A stretch of 38,723 nt of DNA from Rickettsiales bacterium (GCA_947424985.1 CANDYN010000001.1:1-38723), one strand, 5' to 3'. Positions 10,254 through 19,672 are shown, counted from the first letter of the stretch. Numbers and translations: made by a program. The notes: generated by a model not told the origin, from the letters alone.

Positions 10254-10961
10254 CTACGCAACCTTAATGCAAAATCCACTCATAGAAGTTGACAACCTAA
10301 CCTCCTTAACAAATATACCTGAAAACGTTGCAGGCTTCAAAGATGGCACAAAGCTTGTAGCATCTGACATATTTTTTAATAAAGTCTCCCACGTCATAGA
10401 AGCCTTACCGATTGGGAATTTAATATATCCAAATTTATCACTCTTAACCTCTACTGTGTTTGCAATAAACTTTTGCGCCTGAGAACAGAGTAATTCATCT
10501 GTTTTAAAAACTGTTCCTGTTTTAATATTTGGCATCAAACCAGCCATTCCCAAAACCTTTGAACACCCCGATGCAGCAATTTCTCTCATCATTGGTTCAG
10601 ACGTCAGAGCTATGGAGTATTTTTTAATATTAATCTTGCCAGATGCCAAAGAAGACAACATAGAGGAATTGATAACAAGAGTTTCACAGCCATCAATCGA
10701 TGGAGTATTCGATGAATTTGTTATAATAATTACTTTCATAGATCTTCCATGAGAGTTACTCAAAGCAAGTGAAGACTTCACCATTTGATCTGATCTTTTT
10801 CCATCTATTCCCAACTTAAACTCGAGCGATACAGTCTCATCAAATTTTGCTTTCAGATTTGATAACCCATATTCTGATATTTTCTTGGCAGAACTTTCGG
10901 CTGACATGGACTCAGTAAATTGAAATTCCTTCTTTATATTTTTCAATCTTTTTGATGACAT
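10254..10961 (-). CDS. rplA: 50S ribosomal protein L1
   Basis: 235 aa, in the conserved position between rplK and rplJ. Has an L1-like pattern (FDETVSLEFKLGID, GMAGLMPNIKTGTV). Confidence 0.9.
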   Translation of the reverse strand: MSSKRLKNIKKEFQFTESMSAESSAKKISEYGLSNLKAKFDETVSLEFKLGIDGKRSDQMVKSSLALSNSHGRSMKVIIITNSSNTPSIDGCETLVINSSMLSSLASGKINIKKYSIALTSEPMMREIAASGCSKVLGMAGLMPNIKTGTVFKTDELLCSQAQKFIANTVEVKSDKFGYIKFPIGKASMTWETLLKNMSDATSFVPSLKPATFSGIFVKEVRLSTSMSGFCIKVA

Positions 10962-10969
10962 ATATATAA

Positions 10970-11410
10970 TTAATTTACGACTTTAACTCCCATAGATCTT
11001 GCTGTTCCTGCTAAAATTTTAAATGCAGCCTCTTCGCTTAATGCATTCAAATCTTCCATTTTAATTCTTACGATTTCCATAAGCTTATCAGCAGATATTT
11101 CCGCAACAAAAACTTTACCTGGCTCCTTAGACCCACTCTTCAGCCCCAAAGCCTTTCTTATCATATCAGATGCAGACGGATGTTTTGCAACTCTGAAAGT
11201 GAAAACTTTGTCTTTCTTGTTCACCGATATATATACTATTCTATGTAAATCATTATTCTGCAAATCTTTTGTTTCATCGTTAAATTGTTTGCAAAATTGC
11301 ATAATATTTAACCCCCTTGCACCCAAAATTGAACCAACTGGAGGTGCTGGATTTGCCTTTCCAGGCATTAACTTCATCTTCACAACTTCCATATTATTAT
11401 TCTTTGCCAT
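10970..11410 (-). CDS. rplK: 50S ribosomal protein L11
   Basis: Contains KLMPGKANPAPPVGSILGARGLNIMQFCKQFN, the hallmark L11 N-terminal domain. Confidence 0.95.
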   Translation of the reverse strand: MAKNNNMEVVKMKLMPGKANPAPPVGSILGARGLNIMQFCKQFNDETKDLQNNDLHRIVYISVNKKDKVFTFRVAKHPSASDMIRKALGLKSGSKEPGKVFVAEISADKLMEIVRIKMEDLNALSEEAAFKILAGTARSMGVKVVN

Positions 11411-11436
11411 TACTAAAAAATTAAAAGCTATACAAT

Positions 11437-11496
11437 CATCTAAACACTATATTTTTTATATGCAAGTTTTTTTTTACTTTTTTTTACTTTTTTTTC
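11437..11496 (-). promoter_or_regulatory. candidate rplK operon promoter preceded by three phased A-tracts (UP-element-like)
   Basis: The minus strand reads G-A8-GT-A8-GT-A9-C TTGCAT ATAAAAAATATAGTGTT TAGATG. The -35-like TTGCAT is at 11460..11465. A-tracts repeat every 10-11 nt at 11467..11495. The -10 match is weak. Confidence 0.3.
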
Positions 11497-11517
11497 AAAA
11501 CTATTCATATTATTCAA

Positions 11518-12240
11518 TCAAGACACCATGTTTTTTATTTTCTCAAGCGATGATTCATAGATTTGACGCACCCTTTCCTTTGAAATTGAAAATCTTTTTG
11601 CAAGTACTTCAAGTGTGTCATTTTTTTCAAAAGCTCTTGCGTAAAAAATTTCCCTCTCTCTGTCCGAAAGTTTTTCAGCTGCTTTTTTTATTTTCAAGAT
11701 TTTATTACTCAGATCAATACCTTCATTCATATCTTCGCTGTCAATCGATATATTGTCAATATTTGAAAGAGATATATCGCTGGAATAGTCTTGTATTTTT
11801 TTTACACCGGATCTTACAACTGATGTAAAATTTGCTAAATATTCACGAATTGCCGCACGAATCCACCAAATTGCATAGGTTACAAAACGAAACCCCTTAG
11901 TATAATCAAACTTTTGAACCGCACGAACAAGTCCATAATTTCCCTCCGCAATCAACTCCATAAGGGGAACTTTATATCTTGAAAACTGAAATGCTATTTT
12001 TATTACCACTCTTAAGTGTGACAATATAAGCTTATTTGCTGCTTCAAGATCTTTATTTTCCATGAAATTTTTTGCAAATTCGACCTCTTCTTGCAAAGAG
12101 AGCATTGGAATTGAATTAACATAAGATATATATGAGGATAGACTCTGATCGCGATTTTCAAAATTCGGTAAAACCAAACTTGACACGCCACTCTTAATAT
12201 TATCTTCAATTTTTGCTTTAAATAAAACTATATCCGACAT
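11518..12240 (-). CDS. rpoH: RNA polymerase sigma-32-like factor (shortened)
   Basis: Region 2 reads LILSHLRVVIKIAFQFSRYKVPLMELIAEGNYGLVRAVQKFDYTKGFRFVTYAIWWIRAAIREY. Region 4.2 reads LEVLAKRFSISKERVRQIYESSLEKIK. The track start at 12261 is a TTG. The first ATG is at 12238..12240 (MSDIVLF...). Confidence 0.8.
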   Translation of the reverse strand: MSDIVLFKAKIEDNIKSGVSSLVLPNFENRDQSLSSYISYVNSIPMLSLQEEVEFAKNFMENKDLEAANKLILSHLRVVIKIAFQFSRYKVPLMELIAEGNYGLVRAVQKFDYTKGFRFVTYAIWWIRAAIREYLANFTSVVRSGVKKIQDYSSDISLSNIDNISIDSEDMNEGIDLSNKILKIKKAAEKLSDREREIFYARAFEKNDTLEVLAKRFSISKERVRQIYESSLEKIKNMVS

Positions 12241-12296
12241 ATAATAAAAATATATACCCAATAATATAAAAACTATAAAACCGAACTTTTAATAAG

Positions 12297-13529
12297 TCAA
12301 GCAATTTTTCTCTCGACTTTACCGATATACACTTGATCGGGACGCCATATTTTCTCATCTTCCGAAATAACCTCAAGCCATTGAGCACACCATCCAACAA
12401 CGCGAGAAAGTGCAAACATACAGGTAAAAGTTTTTGTGTTAATTCCTAGTGCATCGTATACTATTCCTGAGTAAAAATCTACGTTTGGAAATAATTTTCT
12501 TGTAATGAAATATTCATCAGAAAGTGCTGTTTTTTCAAGCTTATTGGCAATTTTCAACTTATCTCCATCAATTTTTAATTCTTGCATTATATAATTTGCA
12601 TATTTTTGCAAAACTTTTGCTCTTGGATCGTAGTTTTTATACACACGATGCCCAAAACCCATTAATTTTGCACCATCTTTTTTACTTTTAACATTTTCGA
12701 TGAACTGATCAACATTTTCAAGTGAACCAATTTCATCAATCATTTTCAAAACTGCCTCATTTGCCCCTCCATGGAGTGGTCCCCATAAAGCCGCAATTGC
12801 ACCGGCCGTTGCACCATAAAGATCGCATTTGGTCGATGCAATCATACGAAGAGTTGAAGTTGATGCATTTTGCCCGTGATCGATATGTAAAGATAAGATT
12901 TTATCAAGACATTCAACGGCATTCTTGTCACTAGCAATTGACTTTGAAAGTGCCATATTTGCAAACGCTTGCGTATAATCTTTTTCAATAAAATCTGGAA
13001 TAAATTCACGCCCGTTTGCTTTACAAGAAGCAATTGAAACCATATAAAGCATAGATTTTATCACCTCTAAAACTTTTTCAAAATTATCTTTTGTTTTGCG
13101 AATATTTGCACGAATTGCCGCAAGTGATGATGAAAGAGACATCAAAACGCCCATTGGGTGTGAGTCATTTGGTAAACTTTCAGCAATTTTCATCAAAAAG
13201 TCAATATCGATCTTTGTATTATGAAGCTTTTCAGTAAAATCACTTTCCTCGTCTTTGCTTGGAAATTCTCCCTTTAAAATCAAATACATTGTTTGCATAA
13301 AGCTTTTTTTCTCAACTATATCTTCAATTTTATACCCCCTGTGTATCAAAATTCCTTCGTCTCCATCGATATATGTTACACTTGATTTACAAGATGCAGT
13401 ATTTACAAATCCTTGATCAAAGGACGATTTTTTGTATTTTTTTAGTAAAGGTGAAATATCAAAAATATCTTTACCCATTGTAGCCTTTATAATATCGCAC
13501 TCTACGCTATCTATATTAATTTTATCCAT
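12297..13529 (-). CDS. gltA: citrate synthase
   Basis: Contains GPLHGGANEAVLKM, MGFGHRVYKNYDPRA and NVDFYSGIVY, the classic type II citrate synthase motifs. Confidence 0.95.
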   Translation of the reverse strand: MDKINIDSVECDIIKATMGKDIFDISPLLKKYKKSSFDQGFVNTASCKSSVTYIDGDEGILIHRGYKIEDIVEKKSFMQTMYLILKGEFPSKDEESDFTEKLHNTKIDIDFLMKIAESLPNDSHPMGVLMSLSSSLAAIRANIRKTKDNFEKVLEVIKSMLYMVSIASCKANGREFIPDFIEKDYTQAFANMALSKSIASDKNAVECLDKILSLHIDHGQNASTSTLRMIASTKCDLYGATAGAIAALWGPLHGGANEAVLKMIDEIGSLENVDQFIENVKSKKDGAKLMGFGHRVYKNYDPRAKVLQKYANYIMQELKIDGDKLKIANKLEKTALSDEYFITRKLFPNVDFYSGIVYDALGINTKTFTCMFALSRVVGWCAQWLEVISEDEKIWRPDQVYIGKVERKIA

Positions 13530-13599
13530 AATCCAAAATATATACCAACAGAAATAAAAGTTAAAATAATTATAGTCAAGTATTATTTTTATACAATTG

Positions 13600-14796
13600 C
13601 TATATTATATCAAGTTTATATATACGTTTTTTTCCAATTTTAAGAATATATTCGCCCCTTTTGACTTCAAATTTCTCATCAATCTTAATATCATCAAGGC
13701 TCACGCCATTTGACGCAATAATTTTCTTACACTCCCCTTTGGATGCAAAAAGTTGTAAATTAAATAAAATATCCACAATCCCTTCATTTTCATGTTTAAA
13801 AATCAACGTTTGAGTTGGTGCTTTATTTTCGAATTCGCTTCTCGCGCGATTTTCAGCTTCAATAGCAGCAATCTCTCCATGGCAAGATTTAACACTTTCA
13901 AATGCCAAAATCTTTTTCTGCTCATTTATATCTTTTTTACAAACTTCATCAATCTCATTAACCGAAAAATCTGAAAATAATAGTAAAAACTTACGCACGT
14001 CCTCATCTTGTGTATTCCTAAAATATTGATAAAAATCAAAAGGCAACATTTTATCTTCGTTAAGCCAAACCGCCCCACTCTCACTTTTTCCCATTTTCTT
14101 TCCATCAGATCTTGTAACTAAATTTAAAGTTAAACCAAATAAATCTGATTTATCTTGAACCTTTTTCCCAATCAAATCAATTCCATTTACAATATTTCCC
14201 CATTGTTCAGACCCACCGATTTGCATTACACAGTTGTAATTCTTATATAAATGATAAAAATCAAACGCCTGCAAAAGCATATAACTGAACTCCAAAAAGC
14301 TTAAATGTCCATTATCAGCAAGCCGCAACTTAACGCTTTCCATCGACAACATTTTACTTATACTAAAATGAAACCCAACATCTCGCAAAAAATCTACATA
14401 CGAAATTCCACCGATCCAATCATTATTATCAACAAATTCAATATTTTCATCTTGCTTGATAAACTTCGAAATAGATTTCATAATTCCAATTTTATTTTGC
14501 AAAATTCCCTCTTCAGTTTGCATTTTTCTTGATTCATCACGTCCTGATGGGTCACCAATTTTCGTTGTTGCTCCACCGAATAAAACTATAACCTTATGTC
14601 CGAATTTGTGAAACATTTGAAGAGTTTTTATCGGAAGTAAATGTCCCGCGTGCAAACTATCCGCAGTCAAGTCAAACCCTGCGTAAACACAAATCTTTTC
14701 GCCCTTTGTAAGCTTTTCATCTAACACTTTGGGATTTATAATATCCTTTGTCATCCCCCTATTTTGCAATTCATTTAAAAGCTCCGCCTTAAACAT
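13600..14796 (-). CDS. tyrS: tyrosine--tRNA ligase
   Basis: Contains a HIGH-type motif (ADSLHAGHLLPI), a KMSKS-type motif (KKMGKSESG) and a C-terminal S4-like domain. The track ORF extends 35 codons upstream into glmU. The ATG at 14794..14796 (MFKAELLNEL) removes that overlap. Confidence 0.9.
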   Translation of the reverse strand: MFKAELLNELQNRGMTKDIINPKVLDEKLTKGEKICVYAGFDLTADSLHAGHLLPIKTLQMFHKFGHKVIVLFGGATTKIGDPSGRDESRKMQTEEGILQNKIGIMKSISKFIKQDENIEFVDNNDWIGGISYVDFLRDVGFHFSISKMLSMESVKLRLADNGHLSFLEFSYMLLQAFDFYHLYKNYNCVMQIGGSEQWGNIVNGIDLIGKKVQDKSDLFGLTLNLVTRSDGKKMGKSESGAVWLNEDKMLPFDFYQYFRNTQDEDVRKFLLLFSDFSVNEIDEVCKKDINEQKKILAFESVKSCHGEIAAIEAENRARSEFENKAPTQTLIFKHENEGIVDILFNLQLFASKGECKKIIASNGVSLDDIKIDEKFEVKRGEYILKIGKKRIYKLDII

Positions 14797-14809
14797 ATAT
14801 ATCAGATTA

Positions 14810-16144
14810 TTATTTCTTCTTCCGTTTTTGTCTATATCTTTCCGCTGCATTCGCAATATTTCTCTGTTCCGCTCTCGCAATTGCAATTGAATTTTCTTCA
14901 ATATTTTTTACAATAATGCTTCCAGCTGCAATAATTGCCCCATCTCCAATTTCAATCGGTGAAATAAGCGAGGAATTAATACCAATTGAAACATTTTTTC
15001 CAATTTTTGATGAAAACTTCGAAAATCCATCATAATTTGCAAATATCGTACCAGCTCCAATGTTTGTATTTTTGTCAATTTCAACGTCACCTAAATATGT
15101 TAAATGTTTTGCCTTAACATCATTTTTTAGTTTCGTATTTTTTATCTCAACGAAGTTTCCAACGATAGAATTATCGCCAATTTCGCTTACTCCGCGTATT
15201 CTCGCGAAAGGTCCAACTGTGCAATTTTTACCAATTGTTACATCGGATAAGTAAGAAGACGCCAAAATACAGCAACCAGAATCAATTTCAACGCCCTCAC
15301 TAAAATAAACATTTGGCTCAAGGGTAACATCGTTTGCAATTTTTGTATCGTGCGAAAAATAAATTGAATCCGGGTTTTGCAATGTAACACCATTTTCCAT
15401 GTGATATTTTTGCATCATTTTTTGAAAATATTTTTCAGCATTTGCAAGATCCAATCTTGAATTAACCCCCATAACCTCATCTTCTTCGCACATGACAAAT
15501 TTTGATTTAAAACCGCCCTTGCCTATTATTTTTACAATATCAGTTAAATAAAACTCACCGGATGCATTATTATTCGTTATTTTGTCAATATTATCACGCA
15601 AAACATTAGATTTTATCGCAATTATTCCAGAATTACAAAGATCTTGCTTCCTAATTTCATCACTTGCGTCTTTATATTCAATTATATCCAAAAGTTCATC
15701 ATTTTTGACAATTAAACGCCCATATTTATTGGATACATCTGAGGTTTTAAAACCCAAGAATACGCAATCGCAAGTTTTTATTGCGTCAAGCATTTTCAAA
15801 ATTGTTTCCTTTTTTACAAAAGGAGTGTCAGCATAATTTATAATACAGATTGAATCAGATTCAAGTTCATTTTTACAACACATAATTGCATGTCCCGTAC
15901 CGAGCTTTTCTTTTTGAATAACAACTGTAAAATCTTTTTCAATTTCCCGATCTTGAAGCAAAAGATCCTCAGATGCAACCAGAATCTTTTTTGCCAAATT
16001 TAACTCAGAAAAACATCCCATGCTATGCCTTAAAAGCGATAAATTTCCTATTTCGTGCAATGGTTTTGCGATACTTGATTTCATTCTGGTTCCATTTCCA
16101 GCGGCGAGAGTTATTGAATTAATTTTCATAAGTCCCATCTTCAT
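14810..16144 (-). CDS. glmU: bifunctional UDP-N-acetylglucosamine pyrophosphorylase / GlcN-1-P acetyltransferase
   Basis: The N-terminus has LAAGNGTRMKS. The C-terminus has hexapeptide (left-handed beta-helix) repeats. ATG codons at 16144, 16138 and 16129 are all possible starts, and MKINSITLAAGNG at 16129 looks most typical. Confidence 0.9.
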   Translation of the reverse strand: MKMGLMKINSITLAAGNGTRMKSSIAKPLHEIGNLSLLRHSMGCFSELNLAKKILVASEDLLLQDREIEKDFTVVIQKEKLGTGHAIMCCKNELESDSICIINYADTPFVKKETILKMLDAIKTCDCVFLGFKTSDVSNKYGRLIVKNDELLDIIEYKDASDEIRKQDLCNSGIIAIKSNVLRDNIDKITNNNASGEFYLTDIVKIIGKGGFKSKFVMCEEDEVMGVNSRLDLANAEKYFQKMMQKYHMENGVTLQNPDSIYFSHDTKIANDVTLEPNVYFSEGVEIDSGCCILASSYLSDVTIGKNCTVGPFARIRGVSEIGDNSIVGNFVEIKNTKLKNDVKAKHLTYLGDVEIDKNTNIGAGTIFANYDGFSKFSSKIGKNVSIGINSSLISPIEIGDGAIIAAGSIIVKNIEENSIAIARAEQRNIANAAERYRQKRKKK

Positions 16145-17024
16145 TGTTCAAAAGAAGATAATATCCATCATTTTTAATGTCAATACCTAATCCGTTTTCT
16201 TCTAAAATTTTAACAATATTTTGTTCATTTGAGCAAATTGAAATTATTGCAAAATCATGAGACATAGCTTTTACAACATATTTCAAGCCAGATGCAATAA
16301 GTCTTTCTTCAAGCTCGGCCAAATGATATTTTCCAATAAAATGCGCCTTTACCGATATGTCTTTAAATGGATTTGAATATTCATCAAGCCCATTTTGAAA
16401 TAATTTATATTTTTTTAATGCAATTAGTGTTTGTAGTTTTTTTTCATCAAAAATAACAGTATAATTTCCAAGATATTCATTCTGATAAAAATGATCACCA
16501 GTAGTGTAAATATCTAGCAAACACGACATCGCATCCTGCATTGTAAAATACATATGTTGCAAATCAAGATCCAAAATTAAATTTGAAAAAGCTAAATCCA
16601 AAGCAGTTCTTGTTGCAATTTCCATTGATTCTCCAACCACATCTCCAGAGTTTTCAAAAACAAAAATATTTTCAACCATATATCGTCCGCCATCAAGATA
16701 GGAGGTTGGACGTTTTAACGCAATATCAAGCGGTTTTTCTTTAAAGATTTTCGCATCAGGCGGTGGAACATGTATAATATATTTGCGAACTATTGTCTTA
16801 CTTTTTCTTTCCGGATCATCTTCTTGTTTCTTTTCTTCAACAATTTTTACCGTTTTATCATCTTTTTTTGATATAGAAACTGCATCTTGAATCTTTCCAC
16901 CAATAGATTTTATTGAATCTTTTAATTTATCAGCTAAAGATTCCGCTTTTACCAGCTCGATATTCATAAAAAATACCGAAAAAGTGAGTAAAATAGCTGT
17001 AATTTTAATAAATTTTACTTTCAC
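16119..17024 (-). CDS. hypothetical exported protein (signal peptide, K/E/D-rich linker, ~200-aa domain)
   Basis: A GTG start gives MKVKFIKITAILLTFSVFFMNIELVKA|ES. I recognise no family motif. The 3' end overlaps the glmU start. Confidence 0.5.
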   Translation of the reverse strand: MKVKFIKITAILLTFSVFFMNIELVKAESLADKLKDSIKSIGGKIQDAVSISKKDDKTVKIVEEKKQEDDPERKSKTIVRKYIIHVPPPDAKIFKEKPLDIALKRPTSYLDGGRYMVENIFVFENSGDVVGESMEIATRTALDLAFSNLILDLDLQHMYFTMQDAMSCLLDIYTTGDHFYQNEYLGNYTVIFDEKKLQTLIALKKYKLFQNGLDEYSNPFKDISVKAHFIGKYHLAELEERLIASGLKYVVKAMSHDFAIISICSNEQNIVKILEENGLGIDIKNDGYYLLLNNEDGTYEN

Positions 17025-17106
17025 TTTGGAAAAAATTTTATTTTATTTAATAAAAAGCTTGATTTTTTAATAAACAAGTGAAAAAAGAAAAAAGATTATA
17101 TTTTTT

Positions 17107-17760
17107 ATGAAATTAGTTCTACTTGTAATAATTATTTTATTGACCTCTTGCGGAAAAAAAACCGGAGTTGAGGCATCAAAAATTGAAATACAAAGACAAT
17201 ATTTCAATGCCATGAGAAATTTTGACGAGGGAAATTATTCTGTATCTTTACGACTTTTTGAAGATTTTAGTAAGCAAAATTCTCTACACAAACTTGCAAG
17301 AAATAGCCTCCAAATGGAAATCTTGCTCAATTTCTTAAATGAAAAATACGAAATGACTGATGCGCTTGCTGATATGTATTTAAAGTTTTATACCCTTGAT
17401 CTTGAAGGCTGTGAATATGCAGAATATATGAAAACTGTCGCAAAATCTAAAGTTGTTAAAAACGATAAAGTTTCATACGAAGATGCAAAATACTTAGAAA
17501 AGATGATTAATGATTTTCAAAGAAAATACAAGAGCAAAACTTACGATGATCAGGTTTTTGATAAGATCTTATTAAACAAAGCCTTTATTTGTAAATCCGG
17601 AACCGCAATAGCAGATCGATACTATGATGGCAATAATTTCCTTGCTGCAATGAAAAAATATGAAGAAATATCAGAATATTGCCAAGAAAACAGTAAAATT
17701 AAAGAGAAAATTGAAGTAATACAAAATATTATAATTGGTGGAAAGCAGAAAAAAAGTTGA
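17107..17760 (+). CDS. bamD: BamD/YfiO-like outer-membrane assembly lipoprotein (TPR-like)
   Basis: Has a lipobox (LLTSC|GKK). NAMRNFDEGNYSVSLRLFEDF..., followed by helical repeats, matches the BamD N-terminal pattern. Confidence 0.5.
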   Translation: MKLVLLVIIILLTSCGKKTGVEASKIEIQRQYFNAMRNFDEGNYSVSLRLFEDFSKQNSLHKLARNSLQMEILLNFLNEKYEMTDALADMYLKFYTLDLEGCEYAEYMKTVAKSKVVKNDKVSYEDAKYLEKMINDFQRKYKSKTYDDQVFDKILLNKAFICKSGTAIADRYYDGNNFLAAMKKYEEISEYCQENSKIKEKIEVIQNIIIGGKQKKS

Positions 17761-17807
17761 TTTTTAAAATATGCACAAATATATTAATCTTGAGGTTTCG
17801 CGATAAA

Positions 17808-18740
17808 ATGAATAAAGAAAATGAACCGATCAACATTATACTCGGAGATGGACAAATTGGCTCTGCAGTAAAAAGAATATTAGAAAATAGCCTCCAATTT
17901 GCAAGAGAAGATATAGACTTTTCAAATGATAAATTACTAAAACCACGACTACATGAGCTACTCGACCCCTTAAAAATTAACTCCATAATAAACACTATAG
18001 CCTATACAAATGTCGATAAAGCTGAAGAGGAAAAAGAACTATGCGAGATGGTGAATGCAAAATCCGTTAAAATCCTGGCTGAATATTGCCATGAAAGAGA
18101 TATTCCACTGATACACTACTCAACTGATTTTGTTTTTGACGGCACAAAACCGAAGCCATATATAGAAACTGATACACCAAATCCAATAAGCCACTACGGA
18201 AAAACAAAACTCCTGGGTGATCAGTATATAGAGCGATGTCACGATAAATATTTGATTTTCAGAGTATCATGGGTCTATTGTATATTGTGTGACGGTAATT
18301 TTGTCAGAAAAATACTCAAAGCAGCAAAAGTAAACAAGGAATTGTCAATAGTGGACGACCAGATCGGAGGATTATCAAGCGCGCACGATATAGCAGCTTT
18401 AACTTGTGCAATCATTAAAGAGCTAAAAATGGTAAATGAGAAAAATCTTTGGGGTCTATATAATATGTCACCGAAAAAATTTGTAAGCAGATTTGATGCT
18501 GCAAAAACAATGCTCAAGATGGCAAAAAAGCATTCAGTTCAAAAACTTGAAAAAGTGGTTTTAAGAAAATCTAAAACTGATAATCAAAATGCAAAAGCGA
18601 AGAGACCATTAAATTCTCGACTTGATTCCTCAAAGCTCAAACAAACCTTCGGAATTGAAATGCCAAAGTGGAAATATTCCCTTGATCGCGGTTTACACTT
18701 TTTATATAAACATTACAAAATATTAAAAATATCTTTATGA
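17808..18740 (+). CDS. rfbD: dTDP-4-dehydrorhamnose reductase (RmlD family)
   Basis: Contains IILGDGQIGSA, NTIAYTNVDKAEEEKE, LIHYSTDFVFDG, PISHYGKTKLLGD and IFRVSWVY. The track start at 17757 is a TTG overlapping the bamD stop. The first ATG is at 17808. Confidence 0.85.
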   Translation: MNKENEPINIILGDGQIGSAVKRILENSLQFAREDIDFSNDKLLKPRLHELLDPLKINSIINTIAYTNVDKAEEEKELCEMVNAKSVKILAEYCHERDIPLIHYSTDFVFDGTKPKPYIETDTPNPISHYGKTKLLGDQYIERCHDKYLIFRVSWVYCILCDGNFVRKILKAAKVNKELSIVDDQIGGLSSAHDIAALTCAIIKELKMVNEKNLWGLYNMSPKKFVSRFDAAKTMLKMAKKHSVQKLEKVVLRKSKTDNQNAKAKRPLNSRLDSSKLKQTFGIEMPKWKYSLDRGLHFLYKHYKILKISL

Positions 18741-19669
18741 CTTTTATAAATAAGGTTTCGAAAATTTTAACACTGTGCATTGTCTTTGCACTATTCTGCT
18801 TAATCAAAAGTCAAGCAAATGCAATTACAATCGAACCTCAAGCTTATGGATCCGAAAAAAGAATAAAATACTGGAGATATTATCAAAACGCCGTATTTAA
18901 ACATACCGGATTTCTAAACTTTCCCTGTTATATCCAATTTGAAGACGGCGAAACGGTTTCAAACGTCTCAATCGCCTCTCCACAAAAGAAAATAGTCAAA
19001 AAAAATGACAAAGGTGAAGATGTAACGAAATATGAGGAAGACGATGAACAGAAATGGCTATTTGAAATTAAGGGGTCAAAGCTTTTCTTAAAGCCGGTTG
19101 AAGATGATGGAAACACAATTGCGATAGTAATTACAAATAAGAGGACATACTTTTTTGAACTTCACGTAAAAGTGCCAACCGGTCCTTTTGATACAAGAAT
19201 ACCACTTGGAATATCTTTTCAATATCCGGCCGAAAAAAGCGAAGAAGAAAAAAATGGAGAGGAGAATGCAACCGTGATACAATATAATTCAAAAAGTGCT
19301 CCGGATCTATCAAAACCGCAAAATTACAACTTTAATTATACAATTGCCGGAAATGATATAATAGCGCCAATTAAAATCTTTGATGACGGACAATTTACAT
19401 ACCTTGAATTCAAAGATAAAAATGCAACCCTACCTGCTGTTTTTGGTGTTGATGGAAATGGCTATGAGTTCATACAAAACTTTAGAATTGTCGGAGATTA
19501 TATGGTAATTGAATCCATTTCCCCAACTATGACCCTAAGAAATGGCTCGGATATCGTGTGCATGTTCAATGAATCCATGAAAAATGAAACAGGTGTTGGA
19601 ATCAAAAAACAAGCCAATAAAGACAACAAAACACCATTTGAAGTCTTGCACGTGCCACAAAAAAAGTAG
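18737..19669 (+). CDS. virB9: type IV secretion system protein VirB9 (CagX/TrbG family)
   Basis: Has a signal peptide ending QANA|ITIEP. The N-domain is LFLKPVEDDGNTIAIVITNKRTYFFELHV. The C-domain is IKIFDDGQFTYLEFKDKNATLPAVFGVDGNGYEFIQNFRIVGDYMVIE. There is an ATGA overlap with the rfbD stop. Confidence 0.85.
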   Translation: MTFINKVSKILTLCIVFALFCLIKSQANAITIEPQAYGSEKRIKYWRYYQNAVFKHTGFLNFPCYIQFEDGETVSNVSIASPQKKIVKKNDKGEDVTKYEEDDEQKWLFEIKGSKLFLKPVEDDGNTIAIVITNKRTYFFELHVKVPTGPFDTRIPLGISFQYPAEKSEEEKNGEENATVIQYNSKSAPDLSKPQNYNFNYTIAGNDIIAPIKIFDDGQFTYLEFKDKNATLPAVFGVDGNGYEFIQNFRIVGDYMVIESISPTMTLRNGSDIVCMFNESMKNETGVGIKKQANKDNKTPFEVLHVPQKK

Positions 19670-19672
19670 ATT

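Noticed and set aside
11199-11828. 209-aa plus-strand ORF spanning the rplK 5' end, the spacer and the rpoH 3' end
   Set aside because: It is antisense to two well-supported genes. The product is F/L/S/K-rich and low-complexity, typical of reverse-strand reading of AT-rich coding DNA. It has no recognisable motif.
14797-14901. 35-codon N-terminal extension of tyrS
   Set aside because: It overlaps the 3' end of glmU and is Arg/Lys/Asn-rich junk. TyrS homology begins at MFKAELLNEL.
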